Position numbers and translations under genes: made by a program. From positions 9,395,095 to 9,459,094 of the forward strand of contig MU054391.1 of the NCBI GenBank assembly GCA_013239625.1: a stretch of DNA of 64,000 nucleotides, in the 5' to 3' direction. The number at the start of each line of letters is the position of its first letter. Position 1 is the first letter of the stretch. This document shows positions 48,403 to 61,946 of the stretch, one piece after another. The notes under the pieces are model-generated. The model saw only the letters and a program-made list of their open reading frames with translations, searched no databases and was not told the origin of the DNA. The stretch comes from Lama guanicoe (taxonomy: Eukaryota).

Positions 48403-50299
48403 AAGGGCATCAGTAGTGGCAACAGGATATTGATAACTGACATGTGTGCATCATTTTGTGGCTTACAAAATACTCTCACACCCTATAGCATTTGAATTTT
48501 CAGCTGAAAATAAGCAGTTAAGAGGATAATTATACCACATTTGCAGAAGAAAAGGTCTCAGGATTTTTTTAAAGATGCAGTTAAATCAGCTACCTTTCGG
48601 GAGCTTCTTAATTTAATCCATATAGGTTGTATTTTTTTGTAAAAAAGAAAAAAAATCACATTAAATATGTATGTGAAACTCATTTTACCGTTCTAGCAAA
48701 GGATAATTGGGAAAGTTGAATGATCATTTTCTCTTTCTCTCCCTTGCTTTCTCTTTTATTCTCTTCCCCATCCAATGCTAACGAGAGCCAATTTTCACTG
48801 CAATGCTCTGTCAACTAGATGTAGTACAGGGAGGGAGTTGTGCCCCTCTGCAATTTGTATCAGACGTCACAGGGTAACCATGGCTGTCTGGGGCTTTGCA
48901 GGGTTGGGTCACACATGGCCATTTGGAGCTTGGAGGTCTGGGTGAAGCAGCTGCCCCTCCTTCCCTGGACCACACTCATGGGGCCAATCAACAGGGCTCA
49001 CTGAAAGGAGTTCTGCCCTTGAAACCAGGCTGGCCACCATGGCAGACAGGAAGTGAAGCCAACTGACGAAGCCATCAATGTCTGGACCCTGCCCTGCCTC
49101 CTGTCCAGGCCCATCCGCTCTAGGCCCTACTGTGTATAGACTCTCCCCTTTTCTCCTGCTCAGAGCCCAGCTCTTCCCTCTGCATCTGAAAATTGGGCTG
49201 GGCCTCCCTGGCTGCCCCAAGGAAGCCCTTGCAAAGTATGCTCTTCAGAAGGCTGGTCTTGAACCTTATCCTGAGAAGGAAAGGAGGATCTATAAGGCAG
49301 TCTGGGAGTGCTTATGCTGAGCAGAGTTGGGTATGTTCCCTCACTGCAGGCCTTCGATATGCTGATGTGCCAATTCGCCGTGAGGAAACCATTAGAAGAT
49401 GTGCTTCTCCAAGACTCATTGTTGGGGACCCCTTTTGGGGAATGGCACCTCTTCTCACCCTCAGGGTTGGTGTCACCAGGAACACAGTCTGGGAAATGCT
49501 GCCCTGGGGGACAAGTGCACTGCCTCCTCTGCTCCCCTTCTCTGAGGGTCCTAACCCTGGCCTGTCCCAGATTTGTCCCAACCCAGCCCTTCCTCTCAAA
49601 AGGACAGAGTGTGCTCAGGTGCACAGACCCACTTGCTGGGTCTCAGCATTCTGCTCTGCACCCACGAAGCAGCTGAGACTGGGCTGGGCGGGAGCGGAGG
49701 CAAGACAGCAGCATTCTGCCAGCTGACTGTCCCCTGGGTTTATCAGGAACAGGCTTTATTAACAGGAAAAAAAGAAATAATTTGTTGTGGATTCGTCTGA
49801 GCCATTAGCTGCCCTTGCATTTGCTCTCAGAAAGCCTGACCGCATCAGCCAAGCAGAGGAGGCTTCCAGTGCCTGAATGAGGCCGACTACTGATCGTCAG
49901 GTCTCTGTGACCACTGGTTCTCCAGCCGGTGACAGTCATTAATCAGGAATTTCAGGGGCATCTGGGGCGAGCATGAGTTTGTCACTGAGGTTCACTGTGG
50001 AAAGTCTTGGGGAAGTTTCTGTGTAGGCTGGAAACAAGCATGCAGGTTCATTTTCAACCACTGTCATCATTAAAGGACACAGAGAGGTGGTGGCCAGGCT
50101 CCAAAGTGACCCAGTGAGCCACCGCTGCCCACACTCACCTCACCACCTGGCTTACACCCCTCCTGGCCTCACTGCCAGGAGGAACAGGTGCTCTGCCAGC
50201 TCCAGGCCTCGGTCTCAGGAAGACTTGGCGGTCCTGCTCTGTGCTGTGGGGGACCCTAGCCTCCACGTACAAAGTCTGGCTGTCCTGCCGGAAGGGTGA

Positions 50300-50567
50300 C
50301 ATAAGGTGACCAAGTGGAGTGGCCATGGAGATGACTCAAAGACGGCAACCCAGCCGAGCCCAGCCTTCCCAGCCAAGGGAACAAATGAGCAAAGATGCTG
50401 CCCGCTTTGTTCTGTTCCTGGAAGACATCGCAGGGGATAGAGATGAGCCATCACCACTCTGCTCTGTCCGAGTTCCCGACCCAGAATCCTGAGAAATCAC
50501 AAACATGGGTGCTTTCAGCCACGATGTTCTTGGGTAGTTTGTTAAGCAGCAAAGAATAACTAAAACC
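50300..50567 (+). mobile_element. Old MaLR LTR 3' part (MLT1J/K-like)
   Basis: CAGAATCCTGAGAAAT...TTTCAGCCAC...GGGTAGTTTGTTAAGCAGCAAAGAATAACTAAAAC. Confidence 0.65.
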
Positions 50568-53229
50568 AAGAGGAAGTGGGGGACCATGGTTTGGAGTCAG
50601 GGTTCCAGAAAAGCAGACAGAGTGTGGGGTGTGCAGGCTACAGAGGTCAGAGCAGGAGGGAGGGATGAAGAACCAGTACTGTCATCACAGAGGGGGTTCA
50701 GACTCAGCAAAGAGGGGTCCTCTGTGTTCTGGCCAAGCCTTGAGGGCCGAGCAGGTAGAGAAGGGAGGGAGGGTCTCCAGTTCAGCCACGGACGGGCTGA
50801 GGGTGGGAAGCCCCGGGGGAGTCGGGATCACCTGGCAGGGAATCCCCACCACCTGTGAAACAATATGGTCATCATGCATAGGGGCTTGGGGACAAAGGTT
50901 TTCACACACACGCCAGCATCATCAGTCCTCACCCCAGTCCTGGGCGGTGGGCAACACCACTGTCCCATCTTATGGCTTAAGACATGGAGACTCAGATAAC
51001 AAGTGACAACCTGGAGAACAGGGCAGGGCAGAGGTCTGGTCAGGAGATCCAGCTGGAGCCCTGGGGCGGGGGGAACATGGCCCCCGTCACCCCTGGGAGA
51101 CGGAGACGGGTCCACTATTCATTACCTCATTCCCTGGATGTGAGTGTGAAGGTGCATCTACTGCAGGGTCCGATGAGAAATGCAGCCTTCCCTTTGCTTC
51201 AAACAGCTAACACAGGCAGCGTGGTGTGACTCCCAGCTCAGCCCCGGCCCACGGCGGAACCTCAGACCAGTGTTCTGACCTCTCTGGGCCTCTGCTTCCT
51301 TCTCCGTCAATGGGGATGATCATAGTATTTGCCTCATAATGTGGTTTCATGGATTAATTGAGTTGATATTTGTAAAAAGACGTAAAGCAGTGCCTGGGCG
51401 TGGTCAATGTTTTGTGTATGTTAAATAGGTAACATTAGAGAGCTTCCCAGTTGGCAGCTGTCTTCGACTTGCCTCCGGGTGTGTCATCTTTCTGCAGGAC
51501 CCCAGCCCTCCTCATGCCCCAGCCTCGGAGCCTTTGCTTTTTATCAGGGTGAGGCAGGGACTCTTACACGCAGTTTGGGGAAGATGTGGAGTCCAGTGAG
51601 GGATAAGTTTATAAAATCATCCTCCCCTGGGGAGTCTGCTGGGGTCCCGCACAGCGTGTGTGATGCCCCAAATCCAGGGAAGAGGCTCACAGTAAAAAGA
51701 AGCTGCCCCAAGGGGAACCCTGCTCCGCGAGGCTCACCCCTGTCCTGCTTGTGTGTATAATGTGGACGTTTCCATCAGCCACTGGGAGCAGGTGTACAGC
51801 TGGGCACTGGGGGCCCTTCCTATCAATGAGGTTGGAGAGCCCACAACAAGCCTCCAGCCCCACTTTCTGTGGAAGTGGGGCCACCAGAAGGCGTATTCAT
51901 GGATGCCACTTTCATGGCAAAAATTATGCTACATACTATGGTTGGGTTCTCAAAAGTCTTAGATCCACAAGAATACGATAAGCTTGAGGTAGCTCGCATG
52001 TATTAAGCACCGAATAGAAGCAACTCTGTTGAAGTATTCCGTGTGCCTTCTCTCCTTTCTTCTCTGCGATAATCTTATCAGGTACAGACGGCTATTATCC
52101 ATATTTTACAGATGAGGAACCTAAAGCTGAGGGTAAATAATTGGCCCAAGGTCTTGAAGCTAGCGGGAGAGCTGTTACTCAAATCCACTTTGAGGTTGCG
52201 ATTCCCACCCACAGTTACAGCATTATTGGTAATAAAAACAGTACTGATGTCAACACTGAACATGACTGGGTTTTTAGGAGTCTACTTCCACATGGTTTGG
52301 CAGTGCTGCGGGTCACTCAACGTGATGGCATGTGACGGTGGTAAGGACGCAGGAGACAGAAGGACCTTGGTCACAAAGGTAGGCTGTCCCCGCAGAGGCT
52401 CTCTGCAGACCCCCTGACGGCTGCAGAACCGAGCAGCTGCTGGGTTCCTGGCGCCTCATCCCCTTACACCGTCCGTCCACACAGCTCTGCAAATGGAAGC
52501 TGCTGCCCCTTTTACAGACGAGAAACCCAGCAAACGTTCACCAGGTGGGAAGCGGCGGCTGGGACAGGAACGCAGGACACCTGCCTCCCAAGCCCACTGT
52601 GGGGAGAGGTGGTGGGGCGCAACTGACCCTAGAAGTTCTGATGACCAAAAGTGTCTAGAACCAAGTGTGGGGTCTTCGAGGAGCAAAGTGTGAGTGGGCC
52701 GCCTATCGGCCAACTGACCTCTTTTAAAATCTAAATGTACTCGGTTACACCAGGGAATTCAAGGCAGCTTAGCAGACGTTAACAACGAACACATTCCTGC
52801 CTTCATTCTAATGATTGAGTGCCTGTTTCATGCCAGAGCAGTGGGGAATTCCTTATCACATTTAATACCCACAACACACCTACAATGTGGATTTTTTTTA
52901 ATCCCCATTTTACAGCCAAAGAGACTGACGTTCAGAGAGAGAAGTGACGTGCCCACACCTGTCCCGCTCCAAACCTGCGTTCTTTCCGCTCCAGGTGTGT
53001 CAAGGGCATAACGAAGGATGGGTTAATCCTCACAACTCTCTAAGTAGAAAGCTGTCTTATTTTTCAGGTAAGGAAAGTGAGGCTCAGAGAGGTTTATGGC
53101 TCCTTGAAACTTCCCGGATGTGAAGTGAATATTTTAGGATTTGAACCCAAAATGTTTCCTTTGTACTATCTCCTTCAAGAGCAGGGGACCAGGCTTACTC
53201 TGCTTGGCGTTCTACATAGGAAAAGAGGA

Positions 53230-53845
53230 CTCCCCTATGATCCAGCAATTCCAGTGCTGGGTATATAGCTGAAGAAAATGAAAACACTGATTTGAAAAGC
53301 TACATGAACCCCAATGCTCACAGCATCGTTATTTACAATAGCCAAGCCATGGAAACAATGTAAGTGCCCATCAATGGATGAATGGATAAAGAAGATGAGG
53401 TGTATATACACAATGGAATACTACTTAGCCATAAAAAAGAATGGAATTCTGCCATTTGCAACAACATGGATGACATAATAGGTATTATGCTTAGTGAAAT
53501 AAGTCAGACAAAGACAAAAACTCTATGTTAATATGTGGAAGCCAAAAAATAAAACAAATGAATGTATATAAGAAAACTGAAACAGACTCACAGGTATAGA
53601 GATACCAGTGGGGAGGAGGAAGTGGGGAGGGGCAAGATACGGGTATGGGATTAAGAGATACAAACTACTATGGATGAAGTAAATAAGCTACCTGGATATA
53701 TTTTTATTGTACAGCACAGGGAATATAGCTAACATTTTGAAATAACTTTAAATGGAGTATAAACTATAAAAATATTGAATCACTATGTTGTACACCTGAA
53801 ACTAATATAATATTGTAAACCAACTCTACTTCAATTTTTTTTTTA
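53230..53845 (+). mobile_element. 5'-truncated L1 3' end
   Basis: CCCTATGATCCAGCAATTCCA...ATGGATGAATGGATAAAGAAGATG...TGTTGTACACCTGAAACTAATATAATATTGTAAACCAACTCTACTTCAAT. Confidence 0.92.
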
Positions 53846-54539
53846 ATGTGTGGGTGAGTGACGCTGGCCATCCCCAGCTTCCTTTGTCTCCACCACAAAC
53901 CCGTATAGCTTTGTTTTGTTTCCGCACACAGAGTGTCTAGGGCTGAGTGTTTCTTTCTGCATGTGACCCTTCTCCCAGCAGGATGCCTTTTGCTGCTCTA
54001 CAACGGCCTATTCACAGCATCTCTCAACCTCTTTCATTCTTTTCTGGCTTTGAGAACATCTAGGTTTCACTCAGCCAAAAATTTTGCTCAATATCTAATT
54101 CATCTTCTGTCTTGAAAGAAAGCCAAATGGGGATGAGATATAATTATTTGTCAATTTCCAGCCAGCCCATATGTCCACCACTGTGAGAGCTGGGTTCTCC
54201 TCCTGGGCAATCTTTGTTTTTAGCTGAATTGCCTTCTGGGCCGGTGACCTGGTTTGACATCCCAAAGAACGAGCCTCACACATCTTTCCTCTCTCGGTGC
54301 GTTTTAGCCAAAATGCTTAACTCCTTCCTGTGGCTAGAGTCTGAGGCCCACCACTGTTGCAATGACCCAAGGATCTTGGTGAGGGCTCAGGTGTCGAAAG
54401 TAGGAACAGCCCTCCCTGTGGCATACTCTGATCGGCCCCGGTCCTGCTGTAGACGAAGGAAGCAGAGTGCTGACCCCGCTCATCAGGGGTAGCAAAGGCA
54501 GAAAATCAGGGAAACGTTTGGGGTACATGTCAAACTCTA

Positions 54540-55080
54540 CGACAACGTTTTTAACAAGGGTCCGAGGGCTTAATTCAGGCATCCAAAGAACGTGAATGGG
54601 GAAAAAATTATGTCTTCATTTTCATTCATCTCTGCCTGAAATTTGGCATTTCTTTCAATTATAAGAGTAAGCAAACCAGAGTGGTAGAAACAGTAATTCA
54701 GCTTTGTCACCAGGGGACATGCAGCTATTTTTGGATCACATTACAGTCATTGCAGATACATCAAAATGTGCCCACTGTTGCTTCAGACTTATGGAAGTCA
54801 CTTTATCCATACCAGGTTGGGTTATTAAAGTCACTAATAGAAAGCACATATTGTACTAAATCAAAAATTGGGGGCTTAAAAGTTAAATACTTTATATATA
54901 GAGAGAGATGTGTTATATAGACATATCAATATAAAAAAACATTACCTAATTATGTTTTACTTTTTGTAATCTTATATGTATTATTTTGTGCGTTAAGAAT
55001 CATTACTTCGAGAAGGGGCCCCAAAGGCTTCATCAGACCACTAAAGGGACCCCTGGCATGACAGTGGGGAATATCTTCTG
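54540..55080 (+). mobile_element. Non-autonomous hAT-Charlie element (Charlie4a-like)
   Basis: GGGAAAAAATTATGTCTTCATTTTCA...CTGAAATTTGGCATTTC...ATCACATTACAGTCATTGCAGATA...GAGAAGGGGCC...GGCTTCATCAGAC. Confidence 0.7.
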
Positions 55081-56536
55081 CTCCAAGGGCACAGCGAGGC
55101 TCTTATACTCCCTCCCCAACAGGAGATGGAGAAAGAAGGAGGAGAGTCTGAGGCCTGGAAATGTTACCAAAGGAAACTAGTGGACCAAGAAAGAAAGACA
55201 GAAGGAACAGAGCTGTACAAAACCATTCTAAGAGCACTGCAAGCAAGACTGATCGAGTGAAGCAGAGATTTAAAGAATCTGAAAACAAATCTTGAAACCC
55301 TCTATATTCAAATAGCTACTGTAAGGTAAACACTGAGATGCTTAAAGAATGCCTCCCAACCCACCCACCGAAGACCCAAGTGGTCCTGCTTTCAACCCAG
55401 GGACTCTATAGAAGAACAGCCCCAGCCAGAACCTGCCAAGGCCAAGGCCAGAATGAGGGAAGTTCTGGGGTTTTCATGGACCCTACTGTGGGATGCCAGG
55501 ACCCAAATGCTCTCTCTGGCCAAAAGCAGTGGAGGATGGAATCCAGGTGGTGACTCTGGATACTGAGCTCCAGCTCAGCGGTTTCATGGCCGAAGTGGAG
55601 TTGCACAGTGACTTTCTCTGGGAAGAGCCCAGAGCTGGAGCTCTGCTGGGGCAGCCCAGGGGCAGCAGGCTGTAGTGCTGGCCCCAAGGACTCTGAGTCA
55701 CGGTGGCTGCTGGGCCAGTCCATGCTCTGTCAGTTTCTCCTTTGGTTATTACATCAGATCAGATAAAGCCTTCCAACACCAACTCAGCTGAGCGGGCAGG
55801 TGGGCCAACACCCCTGTCCCTGCTTTTCAGCATCTTCTCCACCCCTCTCACTAAGGGAAAGAGAAGGGGTGGGACCTTGTCAGAGATGGGGCTATCCTAG
55901 AAGCTGACCTGGAGACCAGATGAAGGGTAGAAGGGTGGGGAGGACAACAGGACAGTATAACAAGCCAGCTACCTCTGGAGAGACCGGAGCTTCGCCCCAC
56001 TGGGAGAACTCTGGGACCCTGAGAAAGGCACACAACTCAGAGCTATCCCACCTAAGTAGCTAGGGAGCAGGGGCACAGATACTCCAGATTCCCTCAGTGC
56101 CTGGTGGAGGGATGACAAAGGGTGGTGGTGGTGATCAATTCTCTGGCAGCAGCAAGAGAAAATTCACCAGGCTAGAAGTGCAGGTGCTGGCATTTGGAAG
56201 CCGGCTGGTAGGGACGGAAGAGGGACAGGTGAGAGGATGTGGCCTGGCACCAGCAACACTCCTACGGAACTAAGATTAATTAAGTTCTTATTAGATACCG
56301 TGTGCTCTGGTAAGCACTCTACAAACTTTATTTTTTCCATCATTATATTATCACTGTGGAACTAGTTTTCCTAGCTGCTCTTTACAAAGGAGGAAACAGA
56401 GGCCCCTCCACTATGTCCACGGTCAAACCAATAAAATGCAAAACAGAACTGATCGCAGGCTTGTCTGGCTTGAATAGAGCCCCTTGATTTTTCTACTACA
56501 CTGTATTTCTTCTAAAATCTCAGAAGGCCCTGGGGC

Positions 56537-56702
56537 CAGGCAGGCTTCACGGGCATGTGGTCCACATGTTGACCCAGGTCCCCTGGCTCAGAAAGGCCCC
56601 ATGCTTGGTTTAATGCCACCATCTTGAAACTTGACTAATTTTCGAACCAGGGCCCCTGTATTTCCATTCTGCATTGGATGGTAAATCAGGTAGCAAGTCC
56701 TG
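56537..56702 (+). mobile_element. MER53-like hAT MITE
   Basis: GGCTTCACGGGCATG...GCTCAGAAAGGCCCCATGCTTGGTTTAATGC...GTAGCAAGTCCTG. Confidence 0.75.
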
Positions 56703-58419
56703 ACTCAGGGCCTTGCCTACCTGAGTTCTAATTTACCTTAAGAAATGCATCTCCAATTCTTAGCCACTTACTTCTGACTATACAGAGTTAATTGAAAAAA
56801 ATCTCTGCCACTTGGGTAATAATATTCCTCCCCAGAGTTACACCGAGAATTAACAGGTAATAATGGTTTAACAGCACACTCCCAGCAACAAAGACAGGCC
56901 AAATTATTTCTCAACAGCCCTGGCTGTTACTTTAATCTTCTCACTTCTTCCCTGTGTCGTATAGCACAGCAGTTAATGACCTGCAATAAATCCTAGAAGC
57001 CGTGACTTGAAAGATACTGGGGCTCCGCTAGGAAACAGTTCTATATTTTCTTTGAGAGGTGGTATCTAGGTTACCGGGGCCCAGCAAGGATTCCTCGATA
57101 TTAAGGCTGTTCTTTTAAGACCCACAATGACATCTCTCCCGTCTCACCTAGAGACCTGTATTTTTTTCTTTTAATCACCCATAGCTACCCTTTTATCTAA
57201 CCTTTCCAGACAGGTTGCTCTTTAAAGTCCGATGGTTGGATCACTGAAGGTGATCATAAATATGGTGTGTTACAGGGGACCCGCCCCAAAACCTGATGTC
57301 CCCCTACGACCATGTCCCCCCTACGACCATCACTTACTGGGGCTGCAGGCATCACCCCATGGCACCTGGACACACCTCCTCCAACCACACACTGATGTGC
57401 ATGTGAAAAAGGTTCCATGATTCCAGAAGGATCTCCTGAGGCCACCACGGTTTCAAATACATCATTGCGATTATGATCCCCCATTCAGCTAAACCCTCTC
57501 TATTTAGAGAGGGAGGGATGTGATATCAGCTAAGTTTGAATTACTCTTCAGTCTGCCTGGGAAAGTGCATAAACAAGCTCTTTTTTCTCATCATCAGCAT
57601 CCCTGCAGAGCACCGGAGAGAATTCCTCAGGGAACACTGGTCCGCAATCCCTTCACCTCAGTTCCAGTATCAAAAAAGCTCAGAAAACTTTTTCTTAACT
57701 TCCTTGGTCAAAACCTGACCTGAACTTCACTGAAGCTAAACACCATCTTCCTTTTCTTACGAACATTTCCACTTTCACGGTAGAAGCATTCACGCATTCA
57801 ACATAGGGAACCATCCCAGCCCTACTGGAGCTGCTGCAGGATAAAGCATAGATGCCCCATAATGTCTTTTCAAAATCTGAACAGCTCTAAATCCCACTGC
57901 ACATCTGTTCCCTGGGATTGTGCCACTTCCCTCCCCTGACGTTGCCATCACAGGACACCCCCGGTTTCACGCACCAAATCAGGCAGCCTTTCATTCGAGA
58001 AGCTGGCAACCTGAGAAGTGATGAGACACACTGTTGGTTCGAGTCCCAGGGTGAAATCCAACACTGGCCCCTGGACACAGAAGAAAGAGGCAGACCGCCC
58101 CAGATTGGTGGGGTGCAGGCTTAGTAAGCAGTGGAACTTACACTGGACGCTTGTCTTGGGCACCACAAGATGAGAATATCTCTGCACCCACCCGCCAGAA
58201 CCTTCAGAGTTTGTAGAGAGGCCTTAACTGGGTTCAGTCATGTGTTCAGCCAGATGGTCTCAACCACACAGGGCTCTCTCAAGGCTGCATCCTTGAAAAT
58301 GGCTCTCACCATGAACTATGGGCAGAACTACAAGATCAGAAAGCGAGTGAGGAGCCTCCGGTGGCCCAGGTCCAGCTCATGGGTCAACCAGCAATCACAT
58401 CCTTTCTGTGACCTCCTCC

Positions 58420-58903
58420 TAAGAAAGGAGGGAAGGTGGCAGGGCACAACCATTGAAAGGATGACACAGCAATTGAGGATATGACATTAACTGGTTAGAA
58501 CCAGCTAAGCCCAAGATGGCAGAAGAACTGACCTCCCGTAGGACCTTGAGCCTCATTACAGGCTCACGGTAACAATGAGCATGGTAAATGACACACCCAC
58601 AAGGCTCTGGGACAGCTCCCAGGCTGCCCATAAAAGGCCAAAAAGCGGGCAGGTGCCCAATTCCAGGTAATTCCTGCCCTTTCCCCCAAAACAGTTGGAA
58701 TAGTCCTCCCACGTGTCATATGAAATTACCCAGTCCACGAAAACTAACAACCCCACAGGCTGGGGCCGCCTCTCTCGCCTCCTGAGATAGCCCCCACTCT
58801 GTCTGCGGAATGCGTATCTCCCTGAATAAACCTACTTTCACTTCACCAAAGCTTGCTCTTGAATTCTTTCCCACGCGAGTCAAGGACTTATTCTCCAGTA
58901 ACA
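58420..58903 (+). mobile_element. ERV1-type solo LTR, 484 bp
   Basis: TAAGAAAGG (decayed TG start)...CAGTAACA; perfect 4-bp TSD CTCC (58416-58419 and 58904-58907); AATAAA near 58825; YY1-type CAAGATGGC. Confidence 0.85.
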
Positions 58904-60118
58904 CTCCAACGCGCATACATAAATAACCATCACGCGAAGTAGGACGTGGTCCTTCTGGTGGGGGAGGTCAAGGGTACCTCATGGAAATATGACTGGCCTA
59001 GCAGAGGGCATGGAAGGGAAATTCATTCCCGAGTGTGCAAAGGCACAGAGGCAGGAAGCTGTAGGGGAAATGTGGGGTCAGGGAGCTCACTTCCACAGGG
59101 GCCAGGGGGAGAGTAGGAAATAAGGTTGGAAAAGTCACATCGGAGAAGGCCTTGAGTCCACGCAGAGGCAAAGCTCAGTAGTGCCGCCCTTGGGGCTGGT
59201 TTCAGGAAGTGAAATTTTGGCAAAGCCAGAAAGAGCCCAGGGTGGGTGACTTTCCAGGAGACACCTGCAGGAATCCAGCAGAAAGATGATTAAGGTTGTG
59301 GCTGCTGGAGTCAAGAGGAGCTTAGATTGAAACGAGACCTTGAAGGTAGAAGGAAAGGGGCCAGGGAAAAGTGAGGAACTGGTTCTCAGGACACAGGAGT
59401 CGGACATTTGAGCAGGAGCTGGGGGTGCTTCACGTCTCCCCAGGCACCGGTCAGGCCTCAGCAAAGCCCTTCTTCCTTTGTATCTTGCTTCCAACTTACC
59501 CAGGGAGGCTTAATTATTTAAATCTCAATTAATCCCCACCCAGAGATTTGCATGCAGAGCTTGTTTAATTCCCGCCCTTAAACTCCCCAGCTGCCCGTGG
59601 CCTTGCTTGGCTTATTGATCGTCCAGCCCCCAAGCTTCTCCCTCAGAGCTGACAGCTGGAGCAGCTCCGAAAAAATTCTTTTCCAGAAATTCCAAGGGTC
59701 ACTGTGCTCCTCCTTCTACTGTCCAGGTGGCATCACCATGGAGAACGGGACTCAAGACAGTCGTATTTTAGGAAAGGAGGCAGCTGGTTCCATCAACAAA
59801 GGCCTCCCCTTCTGCATCCCGGAGCATCCTGGCAGGGCCAGCCACTGTCGCAAGGCATTTCACATCCTCTCCCGCTGGCCAGACACAAGTATCTCTCTGT
59901 CTGTCTCTCCCAAGCGGTTTCGCCCCCTCCCCAATACGCTGCCTGCCCAGCGCCCATTCCAACCCCTCTCTTCAAGGCCCTGTCTTCTGTCTCTGAAGCG
60001 CCTTTCCTGCCCAGACTCTTTCTTGTCACCTCCATGTTCCCAAGGCCTTGCTCAGCACCTGGACAACTGGTCAGGCAAATTTCCCCAGGCGAAACGGACC
60101 CTGCCTCCTCTGAGCTCT

Positions 60119-60495
60119 CGTTATGGACTGAATGTTTGTTCCTTCGTCCACATTCATAGGTTTCAATGCTGATCGCCAATCTGATGGTATTTGGAGGTGG
60201 GGCCTTTGGGAGGTAATTGAGGTCGTGAGGGTGGAGCCCTCAGGAATGAGATCAGTGTTCTTATAAAAGGGACCTCAGCAAGCACGTCACTCCTCTTTCT
60301 GCCACAATGGGAGGATGCAATGAGATGTCAGAAGTCTACAACCCGGAAGAGCTGCAGACTCGCACCAGCACCCGGCCATGCTGGTGCCCTGATCTGAGAC
60401 GTCCAGCTGAGTTCCAGTCGGTGAGAAATAAGTGTCTATGGTTTCTAAGCCACCCAGTATCATACTTTGTTATAGCAGCTCGAGCTGGCTAAGCC
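60119..60495 (+). mobile_element. MaLR solo LTR (MST/MLT1A-like)
   Basis: GTTATGGACTGAATGTTTGT...GTATTTGGAGGTGGGGCCTTTGGGAGGTAATT...TTTGTTATAGCAGC. Confidence 0.85.
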
Positions 60496-60859
60496 CTTCT
60501 GTCTCTCTTACCCCCCTCACGCACCCCCACCACCCCCTACACATAAACCTCTAAGGCCCAAGAAGAAAACCTCCCAGAAAATCGAAATTCAGATGACCTC
60601 AGAGACAAGAGGCAAGAGGCACCCAAAATGGAAGCGTCCTTGCTTCGAATGGGGGCAAGCACCTTTGCAGAGGGGACAGATGAAAACGGAAACAACCTGT
60701 CACCTGCTGGACTCTGTCTTCACATGGGGCTCAGAACCGGGGGCTTTTCCCTCCTACATTCAAGCCTCCTGTCCCACATTCACACTGATGCCACTTAAAT
60801 CGTTTGCTTCTTTATGGCTTTTCTATCTACCCCTCTTCTTTAATAGTCTATTTAAAGCC

Positions 60860-61420
60860 AGAAGATGAACCTCATTTTTTCTAAATGTAATTTGAGCAAA
60901 TTTGCATGATACACGCAGTAACAAGTGGGTCCTGAATTATGTATGATCCCCTCTAATGGGCCAGCGCTTGTTGGGAAAGTGTGATCTTACAAACTACCGG
61001 GTTTGCTTTTTATGGCAAATTGAACACCATTCCCCTCCTCTTGCTTTACATATTCTCCTAATTAGGGGAGATAAAATCGATTTTCGACCTGAAAAAAAGT
61101 GATGTCTTTCCAAGAGCCCATATTTGTATGGAAAATTAAGCTCATTTCAGTCAGCTGCACCCTCTAATTTAGCGCTGTTGTCAGCATAAAGTATCACTGT
61201 AAGAGACTTCACCATCAGGAGCTCTTATGCAATCGAGATCGTAAGGTGACACTTTCAGTTAAGCAGGCTCGGCAGATTGGCTCCTCAGGTGGCCTCAGAG
61301 TCTGGCGTGAGACTTGGATTTCACTCCGGATGATTTAAGTCTGGTCTGTGCTTTGCTTATCTACGGCCCGGGCGGCAGGCAGAGGGAGTTTGACATTAAG
61401 AATAATTGCTGCTCCTTCTT
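60860..61420. promoter_or_regulatory. Candidate developmental enhancer / conserved non-coding element
   Basis: Repeat-free block with ATTTGCAT (60900), TTTTATGGC (61008), and palindromes CCTAATTAGG (61057) and AAAATCGATTTT (61073). Conservation was not tested. Confidence 0.45.
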
Positions 61421-61946
61421 GAACCTGAAGAGTGCGCAAGGCTGGCAGGCGAGCCAGCTGCTTTTGTGATGCAGTTTTGGGCATAAGGTGGCTCCTTAAT
61501 GGCACCTGGTCGCTGGAAAGTGATGGAGCACCCACTCTGGGGGGGGGGGGTCCCAGGGTATCCAGAGTTGGAGTGGCCCTTCCTGCCCCTTTATGGGTAT
61601 TCAGAGGGGCAGGAAGTAAGGGGGCTGTTGGGGGGAGGGTGAGAAGAGGTGTGAGCAGTGGAGGAGGGGTGAGATCTGTAATTACTCTGTATCGAAGCAC
61701 GCTGATCCTGGGTAGTGGAGTCCCTGATGTCTGTTCTCACTCCACGCAGGAAGGAACTCTGCTGTCCGAATGTTAAAACCCCCTCCCTTCCCCGGCAGGC
61801 TGTCGAAATACCCTGACCTTGGAGGGAGACCACACACATAGGCTGTGCGGCTTTGAGAAAGAAAGCACCAGAGCCAACAGCTGTTCTCAGGGGGAAATAG
61901 CACAACTCCATCCTTTCTGGGATCTAGAACAAGAGCCTGAAGTGAG

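Noticed and set aside
57296..57330. Short tandem duplications (ATGTCCCCCTACGACC twice; also CCATGAAATAT twice at 44710)
   Set aside because: Ordinary slippage duplications with no further structure.
59597..60172. 191-aa ORF, and similar long ORFs at 19547-20161, 49193-49726, 23257-23748 and 44871-45347
   Set aside because: No recognisable domains, overlapping ORFs in several frames, mostly non-ATG starts, and some run through repeats. Expected by chance in GC-rich mammalian DNA.
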